Positions 10,240 through 20,155 of a stretch of DNA of 64,000 nt are shown piece by piece. Every line of letters begins with the position of its first letter. The stretch's first letter is position 1. The notes beneath the pieces are model-generated. The model was not told the DNA's origin. It did not search any database and worked only from the letters and a program-made list of their open reading frames with translations. The DNA comes from Flavobacteriales bacterium. GTDB taxonomy: Bacteria; Bacteroidota; Bacteroidia; Flavobacteriales; UBA7312. The stretch covers positions 7,596 to 71,595 of the forward strand of contig JAQWJZ010000018.1 of NCBI GenBank assembly GCA_029248105.1, in the 5' to 3' direction. The translations under genes were made by a program, and so were the position numbers.

Positions 10240-11357
10240 TTTCTGGTGGAGCTGGATTTATAGGTTCCAATTTAGCATTGAAGCTTGTTAGTCTTGGTCA
10301 TAAAGTAACAATCCTTGATAACCTTTCTCCACAAATACATACCGAGTCTGAGAACAATTCACAGTTGTATTTATCAATTAAAGATAAAGTCTTTTTTATA
10401 AAAGGTGACGTAAGAAACAGAAAAGATTGGCAAAAGGCCATTGCCAATAATAGTGTCATTGTTCATCTCGCTGCAGAAACAGGAACAGGACAATCCATGT
10501 ATCAAATTGAAAAATATGTTGAGGTTAACTGTAGTGGTACAGCTATCATGTTAGATATATTAGCCAACGAGGAACATCAAGTTAAAAAGGTAGTTGTAGC
10601 TTCATCAAGAGCTATTTATGGAGAAGGTAAATACCAATGCAGTGATCATGGAGATGTATATCCTTCTGAAAGGAGTGACGAACAAATGTCGAAAGGTCAT
10701 TTTGAGCCTATTTGTACAAAATGCAAGCAATCGGTTGCTTTAGTATCCACCGATGAAAATTCAAAAATCCATCCAACTTCTATATATGGTATCACCAAGA
10801 GCAATCAAGAGCAAATGATTCTTGTAGCGTGTAAAAGCTTAGGCATCTCTGCCGTTTCTTTAAGGTATCAAAATGTATATGGTCCAGGACAATCACTCAG
10901 CAATCCATACACTGGAATTTTATCTATCTTTTCTACAAGAATATTAAATAATAATCCGATTAATATTTTTGAAGATGGACAGGAAAGTCGTGACTTCGTA
11001 TTCATAGACGATGTGGTGGACGCTACTGTTTTAGCCATTCAAAACAATACTATAGAATCCGACTCATTTAATGTTGGCTCGGGGGTTTCTACAACTGTAC
11101 AAACTGTAGCTGATGGATTGAAGCGCTTATATCAATCAGATGTCGAAATTCATGTTTCTGGAAATTATAGATTGGGAGATATTCGTCATAATAAGGCAGA
11201 CATCAGTAAAATTAAACAGACCTTAGGTTTCACCCCAAAAGTACCTTTTGAAGAGGGCTTGAAACAATTTGTAGATTGGGTTAAAAGGCAAGATGTTAAT
11301 TCTGATAACTACGACCATTCTATAAGTGAAATGAAAGATAAAGGTTTGATGAAATGA
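10224..11357 (+). CDS. NAD-dependent epimerase/dehydratase (extended SDR) with a Cys/His-containing insertion
   Basis: GGAGFIGSNL Rossmann motif and the SSRAIYG...YGITK catalytic Ser and YxxxK. Confidence 0.85.
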   Translation: MENILISGGAGFIGSNLALKLVSLGHKVTILDNLSPQIHTESENNSQLYLSIKDKVFFIKGDVRNRKDWQKAIANNSVIVHLAAETGTGQSMYQIEKYVEVNCSGTAIMLDILANEEHQVKKVVVASSRAIYGEGKYQCSDHGDVYPSERSDEQMSKGHFEPICTKCKQSVALVSTDENSKIHPTSIYGITKSNQEQMILVACKSLGISAVSLRYQNVYGPGQSLSNPYTGILSIFSTRILNNNPINIFEDGQESRDFVFIDDVVDATVLAIQNNTIESDSFNVGSGVSTTVQTVADGLKRLYQSDVEIHVSGNYRLGDIRHNKADISKIKQTLGFTPKVPFEEGLKQFVDWVKRQDVNSDNYDHSISEMKDKGLMK

Positions 11358-12256
11358 AAATAGGTGTTGTCACAGTAACTTATAATAGCTCTTCTGTATT
11401 GGAAGATTTCTTCACGTCAATAGAAAATCTAGCCTATCCAGATTTTAACTTATATGTTATTGATAACGCATCTAGTGATGACACGATTTCAAAAATTGAG
11501 GACTGGAGTTTTGAATCTAAACTTCTTTTAAAAAACACCAATAATCTTGGTGTAGCAGCAGGTAATAATCAAGGTATAAAGTTGGCATTAAAGGATAATT
11601 GTGATTTTGTTTTACTGCTAAATAATGATACGGTATTTGAAAATCATCTATTAAGCAAGCTTTTAGATACATATCGGACTTACGGCTCTTCCATTGTTGT
11701 ACCAAAAATGAATTATTTTTCTCCTTCAAATATGATTTGGTATGCAGGAGGGTTTTATAACAGAAAAAAAGCATTTTTAAACTACCACAGGGGGCAAGGA
11801 GAAACAGATGATAATCAATATAATGTAGACGATAAAATTGAGTATGCTCCTACCTGTTGTGCTCTAGTTCATAAATCTGTTTTTGAAGATGTGGGCTTAA
11901 TGGACGAAAAGTATTTTGTCTATTTTGACGACACCGATTTTTTCTATAGAGTTTTGATACACGGAAAACATGAGGTTAGATATAGGCACGACATTCATTT
12001 TTTACATAAAATAGGAAGTCTGACACAATCAAGAAATAAAGATAAGCCTCAGAAATACGGCACTTTTTTCATTAAGCAGAATAGTAAAAATCACGTCTAT
12101 TTTTTAAAGAAACAAAAGACATTCATAGCCTATATAAATTTGATTTATCTATGGTTTTATTTGACGACTCGGTTTTTTATAAGTCCAAGGTTTGAAAAAA
12201 AATGGAGTGTCTTTTACCTAATTCAATCGTCCTATTTTCAAGGATTTAAAATGTAA
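11354..12256 (+). CDS. Family 2 glycosyltransferase
   Basis: VVTVTYNS...DNASSD...NLGVAAGNNQGI...LLLNND are GT2/rhamnosyltransferase-like motifs. Confidence 0.85.
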   Translation: MKIGVVTVTYNSSSVLEDFFTSIENLAYPDFNLYVIDNASSDDTISKIEDWSFESKLLLKNTNNLGVAAGNNQGIKLALKDNCDFVLLLNNDTVFENHLLSKLLDTYRTYGSSIVVPKMNYFSPSNMIWYAGGFYNRKKAFLNYHRGQGETDDNQYNVDDKIEYAPTCCALVHKSVFEDVGLMDEKYFVYFDDTDFFYRVLIHGKHEVRYRHDIHFLHKIGSLTQSRNKDKPQKYGTFFIKQNSKNHVYFLKKQKTFIAYINLIYLWFYLTTRFFISPRFEKKWSVFYLIQSSYFQGFKM

Positions 12257-12258
12257 TA

Positions 12259-13107
12259 ATGAAAGTCAATACATTTATTGTAGGCACACCAAAGGCGGGA
12301 ACCACCTCCTTACACCATTATCTTGATCAGCATGCAGATGTGTGTATGAGTAGCGTTAAGGAACCGAACTATTTTTCCTCAAACGAAGTCTCTACTTTAT
12401 TTTACAATTCATTATGTGTGGACAATAGTGAAGATTATCAAAAACTTTTTTCCAACCAAAAGTCAAAAATTACAGGCGAAGCTAGTGTCTCTTATTTGTT
12501 TTATGAGGACGTTCCCAAACGTATTCACGACTACAATTCAGAGGCTAAAATTATAATAATGTTAAGGCACCCTATAGAACGGGCTTTTTCACATTACTTG
12601 ATGGATTGTCGTCTTGGTTTTTGCTCAGAAAATTTAGAGGATATCATAGCTAATCCACAAAAATTTCCTCAATATTTTCAGCAATACTTAGAGTTGGGCA
12701 ATTATTGTCCACAATTGAAACGCTATATTGATACCTTTGGTAGAGAACAAGTGATGATTATTTTTTACGAAGACTTTAAGGCAGATGCTCAAAAAGTGAT
12801 GACTAGCCTATTTAGCTTTTTGAGGATTAACCAACAAGTGGTTGACTTAAGCATTCAAAATCCATTCTTAGCACCTTCAAATTCAATAATATCTCTATTG
12901 TATAAAATCAATTGGGTCAGAAAAGGGGTTAAAATGATATTACCTCTCACACTTTTGTCATCAATAAAAGTCAGGTTTTTCTCAAAAAAGGATAAACCCA
13001 AGTTATTAAATCTGACTGAACAGAAATTAAGAGATTACTATAAGGAAGATGTTTTGCAATTAGAAAAATTATTAAATATTGATTTAACTCGATGGAAGAT
13101 AAAGTAG
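12259..13107 (+). CDS. Sulfotransferase family protein, paralog of 7513..8436
   Basis: GTPKAGTTSLHHYLDQH and MLRHPIERAFSHY, the same PAPS-binding motifs as the first copy. Confidence 0.85.
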   Translation: MKVNTFIVGTPKAGTTSLHHYLDQHADVCMSSVKEPNYFSSNEVSTLFYNSLCVDNSEDYQKLFSNQKSKITGEASVSYLFYEDVPKRIHDYNSEAKIIIMLRHPIERAFSHYLMDCRLGFCSENLEDIIANPQKFPQYFQQYLELGNYCPQLKRYIDTFGREQVMIIFYEDFKADAQKVMTSLFSFLRINQQVVDLSIQNPFLAPSNSIISLLYKINWVRKGVKMILPLTLLSSIKVRFFSKKDKPKLLNLTEQKLRDYYKEDVLQLEKLLNIDLTRWKIK

Positions 13108-14213
13108 CCATCATAGATCCGGTAGGGATAAAAAGCGGAATGAATCATTACGATACATTTCTTTGTAACTCATTGACTAAGCAAGAAATTACACCTTTTA
13201 TTTATTCTAACTTTGAGTTGCACTCTGATTCGGTTATCGCTAAGCGTTTTTTCGGCACTTTTTTCAAAAATAAATTTTCTCAAACGCTCAATTTTTTAAT
13301 GGGAATGCTCAAGTCTTGTATGGATTGCAGAAGGAATAATATTTCTAAAGTAATAATCCATGTATTCTCTACTCATAATATGGCGGTTATGACCTATGCT
13401 TTTTGCAAATTATTCGGGCTAAAGACGATTACAATTTCACACGATGTATTTTCCTTCACAAATCAAGATAATAAATGGTACCACCACCTTATTTATAATT
13501 TTTGGTCTGATAGGATAGTGGTCCACAATAGCTATTCTTTTGATCATTTGTTGCCTCAAATACAATCAAAAATGCATTCTAAGGTTAGTGTTTTAAAGCA
13601 CGGCGCTTTTGTTGATTTGCCCAACAGAGCAATAAGTAGAAACTCAGCAAGAAAATCACTAGGCTTAGAAAACGATAGGCAATATATCTTATTTTTTGGT
13701 CGATTAAAGCCGACCAAGCGTTTAGATGTTATGTTAAGAGCAATGCCTCTAATTGATGCTTCAACGCACCTTATCATTGCGGGTCATTCGGGTAAAGATG
13801 ACTTTAGTAAATATCAGTCCATTATTGATGAGCTGGACTTGTCAAGTAGATTGATATTGGACATCAATTACATTAGTGAGGAAAAAAGAGAATTATATTT
13901 CAAGGCAACTGATTGTTTAGCTTTACCTTATGAGCTTATCTTCCAAAGTGGTGTTTTGCTTATGTCGCTTTCCTATGGTTTGCCTGTAGTTGCAACTAAA
14001 ATAGCCCCATTTGAAGAAGTTATAGAAGATGGACAAAATGGTTTGCTTTTTGAAAAAGGTAATTTCAAACATTTGGCACAACAGTTAAATATACTAATGA
14101 ACAACAAGGATTTAATGACGGACATGACACAGAATGCGATAAACCACATGAGAGAGGATTATTCGTGGGATGATATTGCTAAAGGTTATACCTCGATAAT
14201 AAATTCTCTGTAA
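13092..14213 (+). CDS. Family 4 (GT-B) glycosyltransferase
   Basis: C-terminal GT-B motif QSGVLLMSLSYGLPVVATKIAPFEEVIEDGQNGLLF. Confidence 0.85.
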   Translation: MEDKVAIIDPVGIKSGMNHYDTFLCNSLTKQEITPFIYSNFELHSDSVIAKRFFGTFFKNKFSQTLNFLMGMLKSCMDCRRNNISKVIIHVFSTHNMAVMTYAFCKLFGLKTITISHDVFSFTNQDNKWYHHLIYNFWSDRIVVHNSYSFDHLLPQIQSKMHSKVSVLKHGAFVDLPNRAISRNSARKSLGLENDRQYILFFGRLKPTKRLDVMLRAMPLIDASTHLIIAGHSGKDDFSKYQSIIDELDLSSRLILDINYISEEKRELYFKATDCLALPYELIFQSGVLLMSLSYGLPVVATKIAPFEEVIEDGQNGLLFEKGNFKHLAQQLNILMNNKDLMTDMTQNAINHMREDYSWDDIAKGYTSIINSL

Positions 14214-14279
14214 TGCTTGTTTTGTTTACTTTTGCTTTAGACATCAGTTCAAAATCTATTTTGATTAAATAATCTGCAA

Positions 14280-15860
14280 ATGAAAAAATACCTTTTAATT
14301 TTTTTACTGTCACAGTTTTCACTCACTCTTATTGGGCAAATAAATGCACCCTTAAGCCATTCCTATTATTCATATACGGAAAAGGATATACACGATATTG
14401 GTATCTCAAAACATACATCATTTAAGCCCTTTTTATTCTCCTCTGACGACACTACCTATTATAACTCTTTCAAGCCAATTTCATCAAGAAAGTCATTGAT
14501 TTATGATTTTTTAAACGCAGATTTATTGAGAGTTGAAGATGCAGATTATATGTTTGCATTGAATCCGCTTTTTCATTTTGAATTAGCAGAAGACAATGAT
14601 AGACGATATGTCAACACAAGAGGGGTTGAGGTAAAAGGAAGGATAGGAAAAAAAATAACTTTTTACTCTTCTTTTTATGAAAATCAGTTGTTGCTCTCAG
14701 ACTATTTAGAAGACTATGTGAGAACTAATGAGAATGTTGTTCCTGGTCAAGGTATGGCAAAGTACAATCTGCTTTACGAAGAGGGCATTATGGATTTTTA
14801 TTATGCTTCAGGATATGCTAATTATGATATCAATAAATTCTTTGACGTACAGTTTGGTCATGGCAAACATTTTATTGGCGATGGGTATCGTTCTATGTTA
14901 CTTTCCGATAATTCATTTAATTATCCTTATTTGAAAATAACTACCGACGTATGGAAATTTAAGTACGTCAATCTATTTTCTTATTTTCAAGATATCAATT
15001 TCGACATAGATGCGCAAGATATAAGCAAGTCAAAATTTAGTGCTATTCATTACTTGAGTACTAATTTAGGTGAGCGGTTGAATATTGGCATTTTTGAATC
15101 CATAATGTTAGCCGAAGATAGTTTAGGCAATGTATTTGACATCAACTATATGAATCCTATAATCTTTTACAGACCTGTAGAGTATTCTATTGGTTATTCA
15201 CGACAAGGTAATGCCTTATTAGGTTTGTCATTAAAGTATAAGTTGACGTCTACTTCTCATTTATACGGTCAGCTAGTTCTTGATGAGTTTAGGTTGAGCG
15301 ATTTTTTAGATCGTAATGGTTCTTGGCTCAATAAATATGGAGGGCAAATTGGGATGAAATATTTTGATGCTTTTGGTTTTGAAAACCTGTCACTACAGAC
15401 GGAGGTAAACTTCGCTAGACCATTTACTTATTCTCATTTCAACCCTATTCAGAACTATGCTCATTATGCTCAGCCTTTAGCACACCCGCTAGGTGCAAGT
15501 TTTCTTGAAAATGTAAGCATTGCGCGTTATAGAAAAGATAGGTGGACTGCCGATTTGAAACTAATACATGCCAAGCATGGTGGCGAAATAACTGGGGACA
15601 CTACAAATTATGGTAGTGATTTATTTATTTCATACAAAGAAGGTAAAAAAGATTACGGTAATGAAATAGCTCAAGGCAATACCACTAATTTGCAAATTGT
15701 TGATTTTAGATTGGGTTATATTGTAAACCCTAGAACCAATATGAAGTTGGAGATAGGAATTACTAATAGGGTTTCTAAAGATTTGAATACCACTTCCAAA
15801 AATCAATATTTATTCTTTGCCTTCAAAACGGATTTGCAAAACTTCTATTACGATTTTTAG
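14280..15860 (+). CDS. Outer-membrane beta-barrel protein at the end of the glycan locus (possibly Wzi-like or RemB-like; uncertain)
   Basis: Signal peptide, alternating aromatic/polar beta-strand pattern, C-terminal ...QNFYYDF. The specific family was not verified. Confidence 0.45.
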   Translation: MKKYLLIFLLSQFSLTLIGQINAPLSHSYYSYTEKDIHDIGISKHTSFKPFLFSSDDTTYYNSFKPISSRKSLIYDFLNADLLRVEDADYMFALNPLFHFELAEDNDRRYVNTRGVEVKGRIGKKITFYSSFYENQLLLSDYLEDYVRTNENVVPGQGMAKYNLLYEEGIMDFYYASGYANYDINKFFDVQFGHGKHFIGDGYRSMLLSDNSFNYPYLKITTDVWKFKYVNLFSYFQDINFDIDAQDISKSKFSAIHYLSTNLGERLNIGIFESIMLAEDSLGNVFDINYMNPIIFYRPVEYSIGYSRQGNALLGLSLKYKLTSTSHLYGQLVLDEFRLSDFLDRNGSWLNKYGGQIGMKYFDAFGFENLSLQTEVNFARPFTYSHFNPIQNYAHYAQPLAHPLGASFLENVSIARYRKDRWTADLKLIHAKHGGEITGDTTNYGSDLFISYKEGKKDYGNEIAQGNTTNLQIVDFRLGYIVNPRTNMKLEIGITNRVSKDLNTTSKNQYLFFAFKTDLQNFYYDF

Positions 15861-15994
15861 ATTAATTCTAAATACACAATTTTGTTAAAATTTCAGCAAT
15901 AAAAGCCCATGCAAATATAAAAATTGGTAAATTTACTCCCTAGATAAAAAAGACGTTTTTTGTCTCATAATGCTCATTATCAAACACTTATAAA

Positions 15995-16849
15995 TTGTCC
16001 ATAAACGACATTTTACAGCTTTCAAAAATTAGATTGACCACAAGCGTCGTCTTTTCTGCTATTGCAGGGTATTTTATTGCGGGCGGATTGTTTCAATCTT
16101 TTGATTTGATAGCTTTAATTTTAGGAGGCTTTTTAGTTGTTGCTGCATCAAACGGATTTAATCAAGTGATCGAAAAAGACTTGGATAAATTGATGAAGAG
16201 AACAGAGAACAGGCCTTTGCCTAAGCAAAGAATGACAACCAATCAAGCTTTAATACTGTCTCTTGCAATGGGGCTTGTTGGAGTCTTTTTCCTGTTTTCC
16301 ATAAATATGTACTCTGGTATTTTTGGTTCACTATCTGTGCTTTTGTATGTGTTGGCCTACACGCCATTAAAGCGTATTTCCTCCTTTTCTGTGTTTGTTG
16401 GAGCTTTTCCTGGCGCTATCCCTTTTATGTTGGGTTGGGTAGCTGTATCTAATGATTTTGCTATTGAGGCGGGTATTTTATTTGCTATTCAATTCATTTG
16501 GCAATTCCCGCATTTTTGGGCTATTGCATGGGTGTCTGACGAAGACTATACTAAGGCGGGCTTCAAAATGTTGCCTGGAGAAAAGGGTAAGGCTACCGCC
16601 TTCAAAACATTAATTTATACTTTATTTTTAATACCCTTATCGGTATTGCCAGCCTTTGGTTTTACAGGTGAGCTAAAGTTATCTTTATTAGCCTGTCTGT
16701 TTGCTATAATTTTAGGATTATGGTTTTTCACAAAGTCTGTAATGCTATTCAAAAGTCTTTCTAATGACGATGCAAAGAAGCTCATGTTTGCTTCCTTTAT
16801 ATACCTACCATTATTACAATTAATTTATGTTATTGATAAACTATTATGA
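15995..16849 (+). CDS. cyoE: Protohaem IX farnesyltransferase (haem O synthase)
   Basis: UbiA-type polytopic protein with NQVIEKDLDKLMKRTENRPLP and YTPLKR motifs. TTG start. Confidence 0.9.
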   Translation: MSINDILQLSKIRLTTSVVFSAIAGYFIAGGLFQSFDLIALILGGFLVVAASNGFNQVIEKDLDKLMKRTENRPLPKQRMTTNQALILSLAMGLVGVFFLFSINMYSGIFGSLSVLLYVLAYTPLKRISSFSVFVGAFPGAIPFMLGWVAVSNDFAIEAGILFAIQFIWQFPHFWAIAWVSDEDYTKAGFKMLPGEKGKATAFKTLIYTLFLIPLSVLPAFGFTGELKLSLLACLFAIILGLWFFTKSVMLFKSLSNDDAKKLMFASFIYLPLLQLIYVIDKLL

Positions 16850-17412
16850 CAACATTTGAAGAACAAAAGAAAAAGTCTGCCAAGCCATTATTATGGATTT
16901 CTATGATAAGTATGGCTATGATATTTGCCGGTTTGACGAGTGCCTTAGTGGTAAGAAAAGCTGAAGGCAATTGGTTAGCATATGACTTTCCAATTTGGTT
17001 TTATATCAGTACAGCTTTGATTATACTTTCAAGTTTTACTATGAATTGGGCAAAGAAAAGCGTTAAAAAAGATGATTTAGAAACTGCTCAAAAAGGACTT
17101 AATTGGACGATTATATTGGGTTTAGGATTTGCCTTATCGCAATACCTTACTTGGGGAGCATTGTATGATGAAGGGGTATACTTTACCGGACCAGGTAGTA
17201 ATGCCTCAGGTTCATTTTTGTATGTACTAACCTTATTGCATTTATTACATTTAGCAGGTGGTATTATTGCGCTTTTGATTACCGCTTTTAAAGCCAAAAG
17301 AGGCTTGTATTCCAGCCAAAACTCTATTGGCATTGAGCTATGTGCAATTTTTTGGAACTTTTTAGATTTTTTATGGCTTTATTTATTCCTGTTTTTACTA
17401 TATAATCACTAA
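16846..17412 (+). CDS. Cytochrome c oxidase subunit III family protein (short form)
   Basis: 5 TM segments, with LHLLHLAGG and FWNFLDFLWLYLF resembling the subunit III C-terminal half. Confidence 0.75.
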   Translation: MTTFEEQKKKSAKPLLWISMISMAMIFAGLTSALVVRKAEGNWLAYDFPIWFYISTALIILSSFTMNWAKKSVKKDDLETAQKGLNWTIILGLGFALSQYLTWGALYDEGVYFTGPGSNASGSFLYVLTLLHLLHLAGGIIALLITAFKAKRGLYSSQNSIGIELCAIFWNFLDFLWLYLFLFLLYNH

Positions 17413-17442
17413 TATTGCATAACTTTTTCAAACCAAGAAAAA

Positions 17443-18339
17443 ATGGCAGACATTACAACAAATGAAAAACAAGCATGGTCGGGAGGGGACAGACCTTTTG
17501 CGGCAAGCTACGGTAAGCTAATGATGTGGTTCTTCCTCGTATCAGATGCACTTACTTTCTCCGGATTTTTATGCGCTTATGGCTTTATGCGTTTCAAATA
17601 TGCAGACGTTTGGCCTATTGCAGAAGATGTGTTTACACACTTTCCTTTCTTACATGGCGATCACCCCTTATTGTTTGTTGCACTGATGACCTTTATTCTT
17701 ATTATGAGTTCTGTAACTATGGTACTCGCAGTAAATGAAGGGCACAAAAACAACAAAAACAAAGTTATCCTATGGATGGGGCTTACTATTTTTGGAGGAA
17801 TAACATTCTTAGGTTCTCAAGCATGGGAGTGGGGACACTTCATTCATGGCGACAGAGGAGGAATAGAGCTTAGCAACCACGATATAGTACACGTTGTAGA
17901 TGCAGACGCACACTTTTATTCTATCTATGATTTAGTAGGTGTTGATTCTTATGCCGATGATGTAAACATTACTATTAACGATGTGAAAAGTGCATTGTTA
18001 GCAGATACACAATACGGTATCAGATTAGCCGACAAATCGGTAGTTAGTGGTGAGGCTATAACAGCCTATCTAAATAATGCAGAAGTTGTTTTAGGAGCTA
18101 ACCTTGTTAGAAACGAGTATGGTCACCAATTATTTGCCAATTTCTTTTATTTCATTACTGGATTTCACGGCTTCCACGTATTTAGTGGTGTAGTGATTCT
18201 TATTGTCATATTCATTAACGTTATAAAAGGCACTTACGAAAGAAGAGGGCATTATGAGATGGTTGAGAAAGTTGGTCTTTATTGGCACTTTGTCGATTTA
18301 GTTTGGGTCTTTGTATTTACCTTTTTCTATTTAGTATAA
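17443..18339 (+). CDS. Cytochrome c oxidase subunit III with a ~90-aa hydrophilic insertion
   Basis: FFLVSDALTFSGF, FYFITGFHGFHV and LYWHFVDLVWVFVF are subunit III signatures. Confidence 0.85.
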   Translation: MADITTNEKQAWSGGDRPFAASYGKLMMWFFLVSDALTFSGFLCAYGFMRFKYADVWPIAEDVFTHFPFLHGDHPLLFVALMTFILIMSSVTMVLAVNEGHKNNKNKVILWMGLTIFGGITFLGSQAWEWGHFIHGDRGGIELSNHDIVHVVDADAHFYSIYDLVGVDSYADDVNITINDVKSALLADTQYGIRLADKSVVSGEAITAYLNNAEVVLGANLVRNEYGHQLFANFFYFITGFHGFHVFSGVVILIVIFINVIKGTYERRGHYEMVEKVGLYWHFVDLVWVFVFTFFYLV

Positions 18340-18363
18340 AACAAACATTTTAAATATATAATT

Positions 18364-18681
18364 ATGTCAGAGCAAACAGGAACTTGGTGGATTTGGAGAG
18401 TATTTTGGATTCTTCTAATCGTTACAGCTGTTGAGGTTATATTAGGAATAATCAAACCTGCAGTACTTACAGACAACATCTTTTTAGGTACTACTCTTTT
18501 GAATTTAATTTTCATCATTCTTACTATTATTAAGGCAGCTTATATTGTAATGGAATTCATGCACTTAGGACATGAAGTCAAAGGCTTAAAGCTAAGCATA
18601 CTTCTACCTGCTGTTGTCCTAATTCCTTATTTAGTATTTATTCTTTTGGTAGAAGGTCACTATATTTTTGGAATACTATAA
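18364..18681 (+). CDS. Cytochrome c oxidase subunit IV (prokaryotic small subunit)
   Basis: 105 aa, 3 TM segments, with KAAYIVMEFMHL typical of the bacterial CoxIV/CyoD-like family. Confidence 0.7.
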   Translation: MSEQTGTWWIWRVFWILLIVTAVEVILGIIKPAVLTDNIFLGTTLLNLIFIILTIIKAAYIVMEFMHLGHEVKGLKLSILLPAVVLIPYLVFILLVEGHYIFGIL

Positions 18682-18684
18682 TAT

Positions 18685-19371
18685 ATGAAGAAATACAAAG
18701 GTATATTAGCGATATTAATTCTGATTTTACCTACGGCTATTTATGTGTTTCTAACTTATGGAAAACACAATTTCACACACTTGCCCTATGTAGGTCCACA
18801 AACCGATTCTACTTACCATAGTATTCCTGATTTTTCTTTTGTCAATCAGTTTTCTGATACGGTTAGTCAGTCCGATTATGAAGGTAATATTTACCTTGCA
18901 AATTTTGTATTTACGACTTGCCCAACAATTTGTCCTGTAATGACCTACAACATGCGTCGCATACAGCAAAAGATGGCGCTGTACCCTAACTTTAAGATAC
19001 TATCTCACTCGGTTTTTCCAGAATACGACACGCCAGAAGTATTACTCCAATATGCCAATGATATGGAAGCCGATTTATCCAATTGGAACTTTGTAACAGG
19101 CGATAGAAATGAGATTTATTCTATAGCTTCTTCATACTTTGTAAATGTTATGGAAGATAGCGCCGCCGCAGGTGGTTTTTTACATTCGGAATATTTTGTT
19201 TTAGTCGATAAAGAAGGTCGCATAAGAGCTAGAGAAGACGATAACGGAAATAATATTGGTGTTTATGATGGCACTAGTGATTATGAAGTTAATTTGCTAA
19301 TAGACGATATCAAAGTACTGATGGCAGAATATAATTTGGCTAAGAAAGACAAAAATGAATCAAAACGATAA
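18685..19371 (+). CDS. SCO1/SenC family copper chaperone
   Basis: Thioredoxin fold with a CPTICP (CxxxC) copper site and a downstream conserved His (FLHSEYFVLVD). Confidence 0.9.
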   Translation: MKKYKGILAILILILPTAIYVFLTYGKHNFTHLPYVGPQTDSTYHSIPDFSFVNQFSDTVSQSDYEGNIYLANFVFTTCPTICPVMTYNMRRIQQKMALYPNFKILSHSVFPEYDTPEVLLQYANDMEADLSNWNFVTGDRNEIYSIASSYFVNVMEDSAAAGGFLHSEYFVLVDKEGRIRAREDDNGNNIGVYDGTSDYEVNLLIDDIKVLMAEYNLAKKDKNESKR

Positions 19372-19891
19372 ATTTTATATCCCTTTAATCGTTGCCCTTT
19401 CGGTAATTATACCAATTGCAGTAGCGGCTTTAATGCTTTTGCCTGACGATTTGCGTGTATCTTTTGGCGGTGCTGATTTGCGTTCCTTGCCTTTTTTTCA
19501 CGCTGTCCTTAATGGTTCTACTGCTGTATTGTTGTTTGTTGGTTTTGTTTGGATAAAGAATAAAAAAATTGCTCTTCATCGTATTGCTATGATGAGTGCT
19601 TTTATTTTGTCAGCTATTTTCTTAGTATCATATGTTATTTCTAAACTATCCAATGCGCCAACACCTTACGAAGGTGAAGGTTGGTTAAGACCGACATATT
19701 TTTTTATACTTATTTCACACATTATACTTTCTATTCCTGTACTTCCTTTGGCGTTATTAGCCATTTATAGAGGCATTACTGGAGAGTATCAAAAGCATGT
19801 AAAAATTGTCAAATGGACTTTTCCTATTTGGATGTATGTCGCTATTACAGGGGTATTGGTATATATTTTTATGATACCATATTATGCTTAA
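19355..19891 (+). CDS. DUF420-type membrane protein (cytochrome oxidase-associated)
   Basis: 178 aa, 4 TM segments, position after SCO in a cox cluster. Confidence 0.7.
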   Translation: MNQNDKFYIPLIVALSVIIPIAVAALMLLPDDLRVSFGGADLRSLPFFHAVLNGSTAVLLFVGFVWIKNKKIALHRIAMMSAFILSAIFLVSYVISKLSNAPTPYEGEGWLRPTYFFILISHIILSIPVLPLALLAIYRGITGEYQKHVKIVKWTFPIWMYVAITGVLVYIFMIPYYA

Positions 19892-19901
19892 ATTTGTACC
19901 T

Positions 19902-20126
19902 ATGAAAAGAATGTTAATCCTAGTCTTATTTTTAGTTGCTGTAGCAGCAGATACCTATGCTCAGTGTGCTATGTGCAAGTCTGTTGTAGAAAGCAATATA
20001 GACGGAGGTTCTTCTATTGGTTCTGGTCTGAACGACGGTATTTTATATTTGATGGCAATGCCTTATTTAGCCTTAGGTATCATCGCTTTTGCATGGCTAC
20101 GTTACAATAAACGTGTCAAAGCATAG
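19902..20126 (+). CDS. Small secreted/membrane protein with a CAMC motif
   Basis: The likely true start is MKRMLILVLF (19902). It has a signal peptide, a CxxC motif and a C-terminal TM segment. Confidence 0.45.
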   Translation: MKRMLILVLFLVAVAADTYAQCAMCKSVVESNIDGGSSIGSGLNDGILYLMAMPYLALGIIAFAWLRYNKRVKA

Positions 20127-20142
20127 TTAATCAAATTAACTA

Positions 20143-20150
20143 TATCTTTG
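20143..20150 (+). promoter_or_regulatory. -7 box TAnnTTTG directly upstream of tolC
   Basis: tatctttg, only 5 nt before the ATG at 20156. Confidence 0.5.
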
Positions 20151-20155
20151 ATGAT

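Noticed and set aside
20127-20142. Hairpin gttaat-caa-attaac after the small CxxC protein gene, as a possible terminator
   Set aside because: The stem is a 6-bp all-AT/weak stem with no T-tract. It immediately precedes the tolC -7 box and is too weak to call.
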